This document shows positions 18,548 to 27,195 of a stretch of 41,272 bases of DNA, piece after piece; position 1 is the first letter of the stretch, and the number at the start of each line of letters is the position of its first letter. Under the pieces are notes generated by a model. The model searched no databases. It saw nothing but the letters and a program-made list of their open reading frames with translations, and was not told the DNA's origin. A program made the position numbers and the translations under genes. The stretch spans positions 1 through 41,272 of the IMG/VR virus record IMGVR_UViG_3300033475_000686, one strand, 5' to 3'. The DNA comes from a virus (taxonomy: Duplodnaviria > Caudoviricetes).

Positions 18548-20037
18548 TCGATGTCTCCCAACATCTTCTGGATGTATTCCCATTTCTGTTCGATGCGCTG
18601 ACGCCTTCCCATGTCGACGGTGTTCCGTGCCATGATGTCAGTGATCTGGACAGCGTTCTTCTGACCGACTCGGTGCGCACGGTCTTCGGCCTGCTTGTTC
18701 GCTACAGGCTTCCAACTGCGGTCGAGGAAGATGACGTGGCTGGCGGCCGTCAGGGTGATCGACTCTCCACCGGTTGCGATCGTGGAGGCGAAGACCTGGA
18801 TGTTACCCTTCTGGAAGTCAGTGACGTACTTGCCTCGGTCGGCCTGGTTGATGTCGCCGGTGAACGGTACGAAGGAGATGTTCCTCTGCTTCAACCGTTC
18901 GCCCACCATGTGGACGGCATCCTGGAACTGGCTGAAGACGATGAGCTGGTCGTTCGGAGCCTCGTCGACGATGTCCATCAGTGCGTCAATCTTCGACGAC
19001 GGATCGACAATGCGCCACTTCAACTCTTCGAACCAGATCGGCTCGCCCGTTACCTTGTCGCGGATCCAGTCCGTCTTGTCCTTGTTCCGACGACGGTGCT
19101 TCTCGATGTACGACTCCATGTACCCCATGGCGAACTGCTGGAGTCGGGTCAGCTGAGCGATGACTGCAGGGGCGGCAAGAGGAGCACTCTCCGTCTCCTT
19201 CTTCATTTCCACCCAGGCAATCATCTCCTTCTTCATCTCGTCGTACGCCTTGCGCTGCTGCGGAAGGAGATCCACCCAGACGGTGTTATAGTACTTGTCC
19301 GGGAGGTCCTCCATCACGTCCGCCTTCTTCCGACGGACGAACCAAGGCTCCATCTCCTTGTGCAGGCTGGCGACGTTCTTGACGCCGACGAACTTCTTGT
19401 ACTGCGCCCCTGTTCCCCAGTTGGTCTCGGTGTCGTAGAGGCAGTAGTGGTTGACGAACCGGTGGTAGCTGGTGTAGCCCTTGTAGTTCGGCCAGAGCCA
19501 GTTCAAGACTGACCAGAGGTCTTCCGGCTTGTCATCGGCAGGTGTTCCGCTGATGCCCGTCTTGTACTTGACGTTGCGGATCTGCTTCAGGGCCTTGGTC
19601 GTCTTGGCGTTCCGGTTCTTGATCTTGTGCACCTCGTCGGCGATGATGTGGAACCAAGCGACACGCTTCAGCTCCTCGATCAACCGAACACCGTCCCAGT
19701 GGATGATGTAGAAGTGCACATGCGGATCCTTAAGCGCTCGGATGAACGCTGGCCTGTTCTTCGGGTTGATGACCACTACCTTGGCTCGCGGAGCGAACTT
19801 GTAGATGGTCTCTTCCCAGTGATCGAAGGCCGATCCTCGGGCGATGATCAACGTCTTCAACGCCGTCGTGGGTATGCCTGACTTGTCGTAGATGTCCTTC
19901 CTGTGCTTCACATCGATGGCAAGGGACTCGAACGTCTTGCCGAGACCCATCTCGTCACCGATCAGGCGCGACGTTATCTTGGGTCGCGTCAGCTTGTCGA
20001 CTGCTTCCTGCTGGAAGCTGAACAGCGTTACGCTCAA
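18544..20037 (-). CDS. SNF2-family superfamily 2 DNA helicase
   Basis: DEMGLGKT, IIADEVH, SGTP, IVFSQF, GESITLTAA and QAEDRAHRVGQ. Confidence 0.93.
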   Translation of the reverse strand: MSVTLFSFQQEAVDKLTRPKITSRLIGDEMGLGKTFESLAIDVKHRKDIYDKSGIPTTALKTLIIARGSAFDHWEETIYKFAPRAKVVVINPKNRPAFIRALKDPHVHFYIIHWDGVRLIEELKRVAWFHIIADEVHKIKNRNAKTTKALKQIRNVKYKTGISGTPADDKPEDLWSVLNWLWPNYKGYTSYHRFVNHYCLYDTETNWGTGAQYKKFVGVKNVASLHKEMEPWFVRRKKADVMEDLPDKYYNTVWVDLLPQQRKAYDEMKKEMIAWVEMKKETESAPLAAPAVIAQLTRLQQFAMGYMESYIEKHRRRNKDKTDWIRDKVTGEPIWFEELKWRIVDPSSKIDALMDIVDEAPNDQLIVFSQFQDAVHMVGERLKQRNISFVPFTGDINQADRGKYVTDFQKGNIQVFASTIATGGESITLTAASHVIFLDRSWKPVANKQAEDRAHRVGQKNAVQITDIMARNTVDMGRRQRIEQKWEYIQKMLGDIE

Positions 20038-20288
20038 CTGCCCACCGCCATTATGATCCTGGCCGTGATGATGACTACAGCCGCGACGAGAATGGCCCAG
20101 CGAAGACCAGACGGAACGAGACTACCGCAGCGAACCAGCGCCTTCCTCGGAAGGGTGTTCTGCGCGAGCACCTTCCGGGCTTCAGCTAGCTCAGCCAGCT
20201 CCCTGCAGTAGTTGCAGAGTGAGTCCGCATCCGTGGCAACGAACTCTGCCCTGCAGCCTTTGCATGACACTAGAGACTCGTGCGCCAC
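20034..20288 (-). CDS. small Zn-finger membrane protein
   Basis: CKGC...CNYC plus C-terminal TM segment; first gene after P2. Confidence 0.5.
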   Translation of the reverse strand: MAHESLVSCKGCRAEFVATDADSLCNYCRELAELAEARKVLAQNTLPRKALVRCGSLVPSGLRWAILVAAVVIITARIIMAVGS

Positions 20289-20321
20289 AAGATCACCTAC
20301 TCTCCTTTGCCATCTTCTACT

Positions 20322-20351
20322 ATTCTATAGCGAACCCTAGGGACCAATCAA
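20322..20351 (-). promoter_or_regulatory. sigma70-type promoter P2
   Basis: TTGATT-18bp-TAGAAT; flanks closely similar to P4. Confidence 0.8.
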
Positions 20352-20379
20352 GAGGCCCAAGCGATGATCTTTTTGTCAA

Positions 20380-21117
20380 TCATCGTCTACGCTCGTTCTC
20401 CCAGATCAGGGTGTGTGACCTGAAGCTCAGGCCGTATCCCTTCTCGATGACGGATGCAGCGACCCGCTTGGCGACCGCGATGTTACGTGCGGCGCTCGTG
20501 CCCTCCGGCATACAGTAGACACGGCTCGGGTGGATCGCGTGCGCCTCGACCATCTGGTCAACCTCGTCGAGGTCGGTGATGCCGGAGACCACGAACTTGA
20601 ACGTCGCCTTCGGTGTGCCGGCGAACCAGTCGATCACGTCGGGCTTGTACCTCTTCTTCAAGAGGTTGCCCGAGTTCTCCAGCTTGGGTGAGACGGTGTA
20701 GGCCTCGATGAACGGGTGCAGACTGTTCGTCGGCTTGATCGTTCCAGCCGTCTCGATGTGCACCTCGTTGGCCCACTCGGTGACCGACTCGGCGAGCTCG
20801 GTCAGTCCGTGCATCTGCAGCAGCGGCTCGCCGCCGGAGACCACGATGATGGTCGGCTTCTGACGGATGGGCCAGTAGCTGTCGAGGTCCCAGAGGACGT
20901 CCAGCGTCCGCTTCTCCTGGAAGTTTTCCTCCTTGGGAAAGAGCACCAGGTCTCTGTGCGCCGCCGCCCTGGCGTTGGTGTTCGCCCACGTGTACGGGGT
21001 GTCGCACCAGCTGCACTGGAGGTTGCAGTCGTACAGCCGAACGAACATACAGTGCCGTCCGGCGTACTTGCCCTCACCCTGAATGGTGGGGCCGAAGATC
21101 TCGTTGACGCGCAGCAT
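20380..21117 (-). CDS. queE: 7-carboxy-7-deazaguanine synthase (radical SAM)
   Basis: EIFGPTIQGEG, FVRLYDCNLQCSWCDT, SGGEPLLQ, IETAG and VSPK. Confidence 0.95.
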   Translation of the reverse strand: MLRVNEIFGPTIQGEGKYAGRHCMFVRLYDCNLQCSWCDTPYTWANTNARAAAHRDLVLFPKEENFQEKRTLDVLWDLDSYWPIRQKPTIIVVSGGEPLLQMHGLTELAESVTEWANEVHIETAGTIKPTNSLHPFIEAYTVSPKLENSGNLLKKRYKPDVIDWFAGTPKATFKFVVSGITDLDEVDQMVEAHAIHPSRVYCMPEGTSAARNIAVAKRVAASVIEKGYGLSFRSHTLIWENERRR

Positions 21118-21473
21118 CAGTTCCACCGAGGGTCGACGGGGCGAGTCGGGCCGTGTGGATCTTCGTACGGGTTCCGGTGGGGCTCCGGGCACTCGGTCAG
21201 CGCCTCTCCGCCCTTCGCGAACTTGTACCCCCACCAGAAGACCTGCTCGATGACCTGGGTGTAGAGACCCATCAGGAGGGCCGGGTCGGGCGGGTTCCCA
21301 CTCATGACCCCCTCCATGGCCTTCTGGGCGATCTCCTCCTGGGAGGTTTCCGCGATCGCGTCCAGCATGGGCCAGTGCGTGTGCAGGTCCCGCTCCTCAC
21401 GGAACTTCTCCACGTGCGCCTTGAAGAGGTCCAGCTCACGCTCGAGCCGAGCTCGGATCTCGTCGTCATACAT
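21117..21473 (-). CDS. hypothetical protein
   Basis: Coupled ORF beginning MYDDEIRARL. Confidence 0.6.
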   Translation of the reverse strand: MYDDEIRARLERELDLFKAHVEKFREERDLHTHWPMLDAIAETSQEEIAQKAMEGVMSGNPPDPALLMGLYTQVIEQVFWWGYKFAKGGEALTECPEPHRNPYEDPHGPTRPVDPRWN

Positions 21474-21726
21474 TCGGCGTGCCTTTCTTCTTGAGCGTTT
21501 CCCAGAACGCCTTAGCCTCTTCCACATTGATGACGGTCCTTCCACATACACACCGGGTCTTCTTGATGTGCTTCTGTCGGATGTGGTAGTAGACCAGCTG
21601 CGGGCTGTCTCCGACCATCTTGGCGAAGTCCCGCGGAGTCAGGTACGGTGCTCCTTCGAGCTCGTCCGCCTCCATCTTGGCGATGAGCTCGTCCATGTTC
21701 CCATGGAAGACCTCTTCATCCTCCAT
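21466..21726 (-). CDS. Xis/MerR-like winged-helix DNA-binding protein
   Basis: YLTPRDFAKMVGDSPQLVYYHIR...GRTVINVEEAKAFW. Confidence 0.7.
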   Translation of the reverse strand: MEDEEVFHGNMDELIAKMEADELEGAPYLTPRDFAKMVGDSPQLVYYHIRQKHIKKTRCVCGRTVINVEEAKAFWETLKKKGTPNV

Positions 21727-21731
21727 GAGGC

Positions 21732-22244
21732 CTACGCGTCCTGGTCGATCGTGGGCTCATCCTCGATCCCGTCCGCCGCGATGCCGTTCTCCAACAACAC
21801 CACACGGGCGTCTATCCCAGCGAGGGCCTTGACCTGGTTCTCGATGTGCTCCCGGAGCAGCTTGCCGATGTCGACAACACTCGACCGCATGAGGTCGTAG
21901 TTCTTGTCGGTCTCCTTGCTCCAGGTGATCTGCTCGGTCATCCAGGCGGCGATCCGTTCGACCTGCTGGGCGAGCCTGAGCTGCGCCCTCATCCACTGGT
22001 CGATGACGGCGTCGGTCGTCTTGAAGCGCTCCTGCATGATCGCCTCGCGCCGCTCGAGTCCTTCGATGCGCTCCAGGGTGGCCTTGGCTACCTCCTGCGC
22101 GAGCCCGTCGGCCTCCTCGAGGACCTCGATCCGCGCCAGCAGATCGTCCAGCCTCTTGCCGTTGCCGTCGATCTCCGTCTGTACGCCGTTGAGTGTTCTG
22201 TGCTCGACGTACCTGTCGTCGTGGTCGTGGTAATTGTCTTCCAT
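21732..22244 (-). CDS. coiled-coil protein
   Basis: Heptad repeats (LLARIEVLEE, LERIEGLER). Confidence 0.65.
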   Translation of the reverse strand: MEDNYHDHDDRYVEHRTLNGVQTEIDGNGKRLDDLLARIEVLEEADGLAQEVAKATLERIEGLERREAIMQERFKTTDAVIDQWMRAQLRLAQQVERIAAWMTEQITWSKETDKNYDLMRSSVVDIGKLLREHIENQVKALAGIDARVVLLENGIAADGIEDEPTIDQDA

Positions 22245-22290
22245 TTTTCGCCCCGCTTCCTTTCGTTTTTTCTAGCGAGGGTGAGCTTAT

Positions 22291-22405
22291 TTAGAACAAG
22301 CTCTCTAAGGAGTTCTAAACGCGTTTGAGAGCAGGAACGTAGCTCCTGAATCCCTTAAGTACACCGTTTAGAACTTCGCGTTTAGAACTCCTTAGAACTC
22401 TTGTT
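22291..22405. repeat. 20-bp perfect inverted repeat with TTAGAAC iterons
   Basis: TCTAAGGAGTTCTAAACGCG at 22304-22323 is the reverse complement of 22377-22396; TTAGAAC occurs 4 times directly and once inverted. Confidence 0.85.
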
Positions 22406-22412
22406 GCGAGAA

Positions 22413-22751
22413 CTACACCTGCCGCCCGCCCTGGAGGCCTTGCTGCTCGAGCATGGCCATGTAGTCGCGAGCGCGCTGGCGGTCTTGTGCGGTGGTGTGC
22501 GCGTCGATGTCCCACTGCTTCGGCCCAGTGGCACCGGACCCCTTCGGAGGGATCGTCCCGTCGCGGTTGATCTGGACCTGCCACCGCTCTTCGAACTGTT
22601 CGCAGCGTTCGTTGGCGCACATCCAGGTCTCGACCTTGGTGCCTCGAGGCACCCGGAGCTGCGCGCTGGTGACGAACTTGCCTGGCTGCGCACACCCGAA
22701 CGGGCACCGCGTGGCTTCCTCGTACGTCGTCAGGTCCCTCGGCTCAGACAT
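22413..22751 (-). CDS. putative Zn-ribbon protein
   Basis: CPFGC...CANERC. Confidence 0.6.
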   Translation of the reverse strand: MSEPRDLTTYEEATRCPFGCAQPGKFVTSAQLRVPRGTKVETWMCANERCEQFEERWQVQINRDGTIPPKGSGATGPKQWDIDAHTTAQDRQRARDYMAMLEQQGLQGGRQV

Positions 22752-23076
22752 CGTCCTGTTCCTCCTCGACGTCACTGGCGGCCTTGACAGCCAGGTGGTC
22801 CTGGTAGATGTACTGGAAGAAGAAGTCGGCCTGCTGCGTCAGATACGACCTGTCGACCTCGGACAGCGTGCCGTCGGTGCCCGCGGCCATGATGGCCAGC
22901 TTCAGAGCTTCCGCCCTCGCGTGGGCGATCCCCCACTCGGGCTCGACACCGTCGTGCACGACACTCAGCTCGCCGGTGACCGAGTGCTTGAGCGTGGACT
23001 GTTTCGGGTCGACGCTGTGCTGGACCCGAACGGGATTGGTGTTGTAGGCGTCGCCGGCGATCCGGATGTCGGGCAT
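22744..23076 (-). CDS. hypothetical protein
   Basis: Coupled; RAEALKLA...QADFFFQYI motif resembles the next ORF. Confidence 0.6.
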   Translation of the reverse strand: MPDIRIAGDAYNTNPVRVQHSVDPKQSTLKHSVTGELSVVHDGVEPEWGIAHARAEALKLAIMAAGTDGTLSEVDRSYLTQQADFFFQYIYQDHLAVKAASDVEEEQDDV

Positions 23077-23330
23077 CAGTCCGTCTCCGTCTCACCGGTC
23101 TTGATGAACCGCTCGTACGCCTTGGCGTGCCGCAGCACCATGGTGTTGTCGTGGAGCTTCGACCCGGCGAAGGTGCGACTGGCGGCGTCGAGCGCCCAGG
23201 ACCTGATCTGCTCCTCCCGGGACATCTCCGTGGAGACGAGCTCAGCCTCGAAGAAGTCCTTACCGAGGGGCTCGTGATACTGCCTAGCCACTTCGTCCTT
23301 CATCTGGCGGTCGTACTGGCCCTCGTTCAT
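23076..23330 (-). CDS. hypothetical protein
   Basis: Coupled; IRSWALDAA...AKAYERFIKTG. Confidence 0.6.
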   Translation of the reverse strand: MNEGQYDRQMKDEVARQYHEPLGKDFFEAELVSTEMSREEQIRSWALDAASRTFAGSKLHDNTMVLRHAKAYERFIKTGETETD

Positions 23331-23521
23331 TCGACGATCTCCGCTTCGGTCTCGACGGTCGCGTTGCCGTCCTGTAGGGCGAAGACGACGGCCTCGATCT
23401 GGTCGCCTTCATCGAGCTCACGCTCGTACTGGGCGGCCTGCTCGACACTCATGCCGGGGTAGCTACCCTCGTCCACGTAGCTCACCGCGGTGACCTTCCT
23501 GGTCACCTTGACTCTGGCCAC
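23327..23521 (-). CDS. hypothetical protein
   Basis: RBS GAGGAGG. Confidence 0.6.
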   Translation of the reverse strand: MARVKVTRKVTAVSYVDEGSYPGMSVEQAAQYERELDEGDQIEAVVFALQDGNATVETEAEIVE

Positions 23522-23522
23522 G

Positions 23523-23741
23523 TTAACCTCCTCTGCTACTTAGGATCGTTGCACCCTCTTCACGCGTGGTCGAGTCGACCCGCATGATCGCGTACTCGTA
23601 CTCCACGTCGGTCGCCCGATGCACTTGCCATCGGGCGACCTTCTTCAGTGCCCCACGGTAGGTCCAGAAGCGAGGACCTGCGACGATCTCGTAGCCGTCG
23701 CGATAGGTCCTGTACTCCTTGATCCACCAGCGCTTCTTCAT
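23523..23741 (-). CDS. hypothetical protein
   Basis: Tightly packed ORF. Confidence 0.55.
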   Translation of the reverse strand: MKKRWWIKEYRTYRDGYEIVAGPRFWTYRGALKKVARWQVHRATDVEYEYAIMRVDSTTREEGATILSSRGG

Positions 23742-23742
23742 G

Positions 23743-24189
23743 TCAGCCGTTCTTGTCCTGAAGGGCTTCGAGGAGCTCGGCGACGGTGCTCTCCAGGAGC
23801 GCGATGCGGCCCTCGTGGTCCTGCATCTGGCCCTGGAGCACCGCGGTCTTGGAGGTGGACACCTGCGACGGCGCCTTCTCCTTGTGCTGCTCCCAGAGGA
23901 GGTACTCCTCCAGCGTGGGGGGCTTCTTCAGGAGCCACCGGCTGGGGGCGCTGCCGCCTCCACGGGTGAGCTGCTGGGCACAGCCCATGCCCTTGAGCGC
24001 CTGGGTGGTGGCCGTGTAGTAGGGGATGGCCAGCTTGAGCTTGTTCAGCACCAGCTTGGTCATGTACCCCTCCCAGATCCGGCCGTCGGGGGTGTCCTTG
24101 GCTTCCTCGGTCATCACCCCCCAGACACTCATGATGTGCCCGAACGTCGCCGGAGGGGCGCTGTTCTCTTCCATCTGCGCCATGGTCAT
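23743..24189 (-). CDS. hypothetical protein, possible winged helix plus coiled coil
   Basis: YYTATTQALKGMGCAQQLTRGGGSAPSRWLL helix-wing-like segment; C-terminal RIALLE. Confidence 0.6.
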   Translation of the reverse strand: MTMAQMEENSAPPATFGHIMSVWGVMTEEAKDTPDGRIWEGYMTKLVLNKLKLAIPYYTATTQALKGMGCAQQLTRGGGSAPSRWLLKKPPTLEEYLLWEQHKEKAPSQVSTSKTAVLQGQMQDHEGRIALLESTVAELLEALQDKNG

Positions 24190-24449
24190 GTTAGCTGCTT
24201 CTCCATTTCTGCCAGGTCGGAAAGCGCGTTCGCGTATCCGCCCGTGAGCGATAGTAGGTCGTCGATGTCCTCGAGCGAGGTGTCCTCAGTCGTGGCCGTG
24301 ATGGCCTCTTGGACACCCTCGCTGTAGTGTTCGATCATCTGCCTGAGTAGACGCTTCTGCCTTCCTGTCAACTGCAGTGTGACAGGGGCTTCGTCGCCGT
24401 CCACCGCACTGGGGTCATTTGTCTGACTACCACCCGATCCACTTGTCAA
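24186..24449 (-). CDS. hypothetical protein
   Basis: TTG start with GAAAGGG RBS immediately downstream of the structured RNA. Confidence 0.55.
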   Translation of the reverse strand: MTSGSGGSQTNDPSAVDGDEAPVTLQLTGRQKRLLRQMIEHYSEGVQEAITATTEDTSLEDIDDLLSLTGGYANALSDLAEMEKQLT

Positions 24450-24474
24450 CGTTGTTATCCCTTTCCAGCGTGAA

Positions 24475-25522
24475 GGAATGGGGGCCCCTCTCTCGAGAGG
24501 CCCCCAATCCTCCGCCCCTTACAACCCCATCGGAGGTGATGGGCTAGGCGGCGGGACGTTCACTTAGCACTCTCATCCCAGGGCTGCTCGTAACAGCCCT
24601 GAGTCGCGTCACGTCCTCTGAGCACCGGTGGGTAAGTGCTCCCAACCCGCTCCGCTCCTTGCCAGTTCGACAGCGGGTCAGATCTAGTGCTAGGCCTGCT
24701 TGAAGGAGGGGACATGAGGCAGCGTTTGTAGCCAACCGACGGTACGACAACCTCTGTCTTTCGACGAGGCAGGCAATTTCCCCTGTCCCCAACTACTGAA
24801 CCTGGGGTGAATTCTAGGTCGCCGCGGAAGGCCTCCGACACGCACAGCGTCATGTCCCCTCCAGCTTTTACCCTGCATGGGCCGAACACCCATGCAGGGC
24901 CCGAGCGGTCCCGCAGTGCACCGCGCCGCTCGGCGTCTGTGACGGGGGAGCCATCGGTTGCGGTACTCGCACGGACTTGGTAGTCGCGTGTAGTCCGATG
25001 ACTCCCCCGCTCGAGAGTGGCTTTCCCTCGTCCCGCCACTACGGGCCCACCAGAGTGTATCCGCGAGCTAGGCATAGCCTTCGCCCCCTCTGGATCGTTC
25101 GGGTGCCTGTCCACCACTCTCAAGTCTTGACGGGAAAAGGGTGCGCGAGTTGGCACACCGGACGTCCAAAGAAAGGTACTCGAAGGGACATCGGTCTCAG
25201 CGCACCCCCTCCCCGCGTCATGGTTGAGGAGGAGGTAGCCCCGCTCGCCTCGGTACAAGACTACCTCCTCCCCACCTGTTCGCCGTAGTGTTTCATGGCG
25301 CACAATCCGGACGCGTTCGGAGATCTCCTCCGACACCATGCTACGGCTCCACCTAAGCTTACCAGGACCTGCCCGTACGTCCCAGGGCGTCTGTTAGTTT
25401 GAAGCAGGTCCTGTAGAGGGTGACCCCTCTGGCCAGGAGATCAGGAACTCTTCGAGTGCTCACCAGCTCGTTCCTGGATAGCGCACTGCCTGATCTCCCA
25501 GCCACAGCGGTCATCTCCGCTG
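24475..25522 (-). ncRNA. candidate large (~1.05 kb) highly structured non-coding RNA of unknown class
   Basis: About 15 consecutive helical domains; most wobbles read G-U on the minus strand; GAGA and GAAA tetraloops on the minus strand. Confidence 0.75.
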
Positions 25523-25525
25523 AAG

Positions 25526-26089
25526 TTACTCGGCCTCTTCGACCTCGGCCAGCTCGTTGGGCGCGGGCTCCGCCGGCTCGGCGTCCTCGGTCTTCGCGGA
25601 CGCCTTGGCCTTCTTGTCGGCCGCCTTCTTGGCCGCGTTGGCCTGGCGGGTCTTGACGCGCTCCTCCTTGCGGAGCCACCACGCGAAGGCCTCCGCGAAC
25701 TGGTCGTGCGTCTCGTCGCCGGCGAGCCGCAGCGCGGGGCGGGTCTCGTCGTCGTCCTCGGCCCGCTCCTCGCCGGCCTCGGTCACGAAGACCACCGGAA
25801 AGGGGTCCTCCTTCGACCGGTTCTTGATGTAGCTGTAGATGACCTGCGGCCGGTGGTCGTCCCACTCGGACACGTCCTCGCCGGCGGCCTCCGCCTGCGC
25901 CTTCAGCCACTCGTTCAGCTTGTTGTTGAACTGGATCGGGGTCCCGTAGCCGTCGGGCAGCTTCGCGCGCTTGCCCTTCTTCTCCTCCTTGGCCGGCTTG
26001 GTCTCGGTGGACTCGGCCGCGGGGGTCTCCGTGGTCTCGTCGACGGTGTCCTCCGCCTCGGGAACCTCGACTTCCTGCATCTCGGTCAT
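25526..26089 (-). CDS. Xis-like winged-helix protein with acidic N-terminus and AK-rich tail
   Basis: TPIQF...RPQVIYSYIK...EAFAWW; extreme GC3; first gene after P3. Confidence 0.75.
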   Translation of the reverse strand: MTEMQEVEVPEAEDTVDETTETPAAESTETKPAKEEKKGKRAKLPDGYGTPIQFNNKLNEWLKAQAEAAGEDVSEWDDHRPQVIYSYIKNRSKEDPFPVVFVTEAGEERAEDDDETRPALRLAGDETHDQFAEAFAWWLRKEERVKTRQANAAKKAADKKAKASAKTEDAEPAEPAPNELAEVEEAE

Positions 26090-26146
26090 ACTGCGTCCCT
26101 CCATAGGATTGGGATTGTGGTCTCGCTTGGCTTGCTTCTACGATTA

Positions 26147-26176
26147 ATTATACAGTAGTCATAGAGGCCCAAGCAA
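26147..26176 (-). promoter_or_regulatory. sigma70-type promoter P3
   Basis: TTGCTT-18bp-TATAAT. Confidence 0.8.
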
Positions 26177-26412
26177 GGGGGTCGATTGAAGAAATCTCAA
26201 GAACTTTTGGGCCGCCTGTGTGACGGTTAGGAAGTGTCTCGATTTCCCCCTAGGGCGATTAGATGTAGTGACGTGCGAGCAGGATGATGATCGTCACCAG
26301 GCACGCGGTGGCCACGATGTCGATCATCCACTGCGCGGGCCGACGGGGGCCACCAGCCATCTGGCCCATCCCCAGGATGACCAGAATGCCGATGGCCACC
26401 CATCGGACCGTC

Positions 26413-26631
26413 TCAGGATTCAGATGCACTGTGCTCCTTCACCGGGATGAACCCGCTCTTGCTGACTGTTACCAGTTTACGTCCGAGCAGGTCGATGTCG
26501 TCGCACCGTACATCCCACATACGAAGACCGAAGATCCGTCGCTTCCGCTCGAGAACACCTACGCGTCCACGAAACGGTATCGCACGAACCTCGACTCGGT
26601 CTCCGACCTGGGGCTTGTACTTCCTCAGCAT
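26413..26631 (-). CDS. small SH3/KOW-like hypothetical protein
   Basis: QVGDRVEV...GRVGVL. Confidence 0.5.
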   Translation of the reverse strand: MLRKYKPQVGDRVEVRAIPFRGRVGVLERKRRIFGLRMWDVRCDDIDLLGRKLVTVSKSGFIPVKEHSASES

Positions 26632-26641
26632 GCTTCACCTC

Positions 26642-26845
26642 CTAGTGCCATCCGTAGTGATCGTACAGTACCTTGTCCATCGACCTGCTGCCCACGGCCA
26701 TGACTACGTTCTCTCGAACGTGTACCATCTGGCAGGCTACCCTCTCAGCTTCAAGCCTGCCATCGGCATCGATCACGAAGTACACCGTTGCGTCGACGCG
26801 GGGTGGCCGACGCAGAGCAACGTCCACCTCCACGACGAACAACAT
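26642..26845 (-). CDS. hypothetical protein
   Basis: RBS AAGGAGG. Confidence 0.6.
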   Translation of the reverse strand: MLFVVEVDVALRRPPRVDATVYFVIDADGRLEAERVACQMVHVRENVVMAVGSRSMDKVLYDHYGWH

Positions 26846-26870
26846 GCTACCTCCTTAGTCTAGGTAACAC

Positions 26871-26911
26871 ACGCCCAGAGCCGTATGCAGACTCCACACG
26901 GCTCTCGGCGT
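26871..26911 (-). repeat. purine-G mismatch hairpin (family member)
   Basis: ACGCC-G-AGAGCCGUGUG / CAUACGGCUCU-G-GGCGU. Confidence 0.6.
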
Positions 26912-27054
26912 CAATCACCTGGACCTGCTGTGCGCCCCCGTGCTGGCGAAGCGCGTGGTGATGACGAGGAGAGACACCAGGACGAGAGCGATGCCGAGGA
27001 GTGCGAACTCGAACATCTTGACCTGCTGCCAGAGTAGGTGTAGGAGGGCGAGGA

Positions 27055-27195
27055 TCACTTACGTTCCTTCCTCTTCTTGCGAAGGTATCGGCGGACCTTG
27101 TAGTCCTGGATCTCGTCAGGGATGCCGGCAATGACCATCAGGAGCAGGATGCCGACGATGATGTAGGCGGTGGCGGGGTAGTTGCTGTAGTCCAT
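27055..27195 (-). CDS. small membrane protein
   Basis: MDYSNYPATAYIIVGILLLMVIAG; flanked by similar small TM ORFs at 26915-27058 and 27195-27356. Confidence 0.55.
   Translation of the reverse strand: MDYSNYPATAYIIVGILLLMVIAGIPDEIQDYKVRRYLRKKRKERK

Noticed and set aside
24475-25522. Large RNA as tRNA cluster, tmRNA, RNase P, group I intron or hammerhead
   Set aside because: No T-arm/acceptor ends, no GAGGAAAGUCC, no convincing group I P7 core on the transcribed strand and no CUGANGA core were seen by eye. A covariance-model search is still needed.
24475-25522. Plus-strand orientation for the large RNA
   Set aside because: A few stems give G-U on plus (e.g. 24800-24819), but most wobbles, the GNRA loops and promoter P3 favour the minus strand.
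26878-26904. GAGCCGTATGC...ACGGCTC resembling group II intron domain V
   Set aside because: No other intron domains or reverse transcriptase. It pairs better on the minus strand as a member of the hairpin family.
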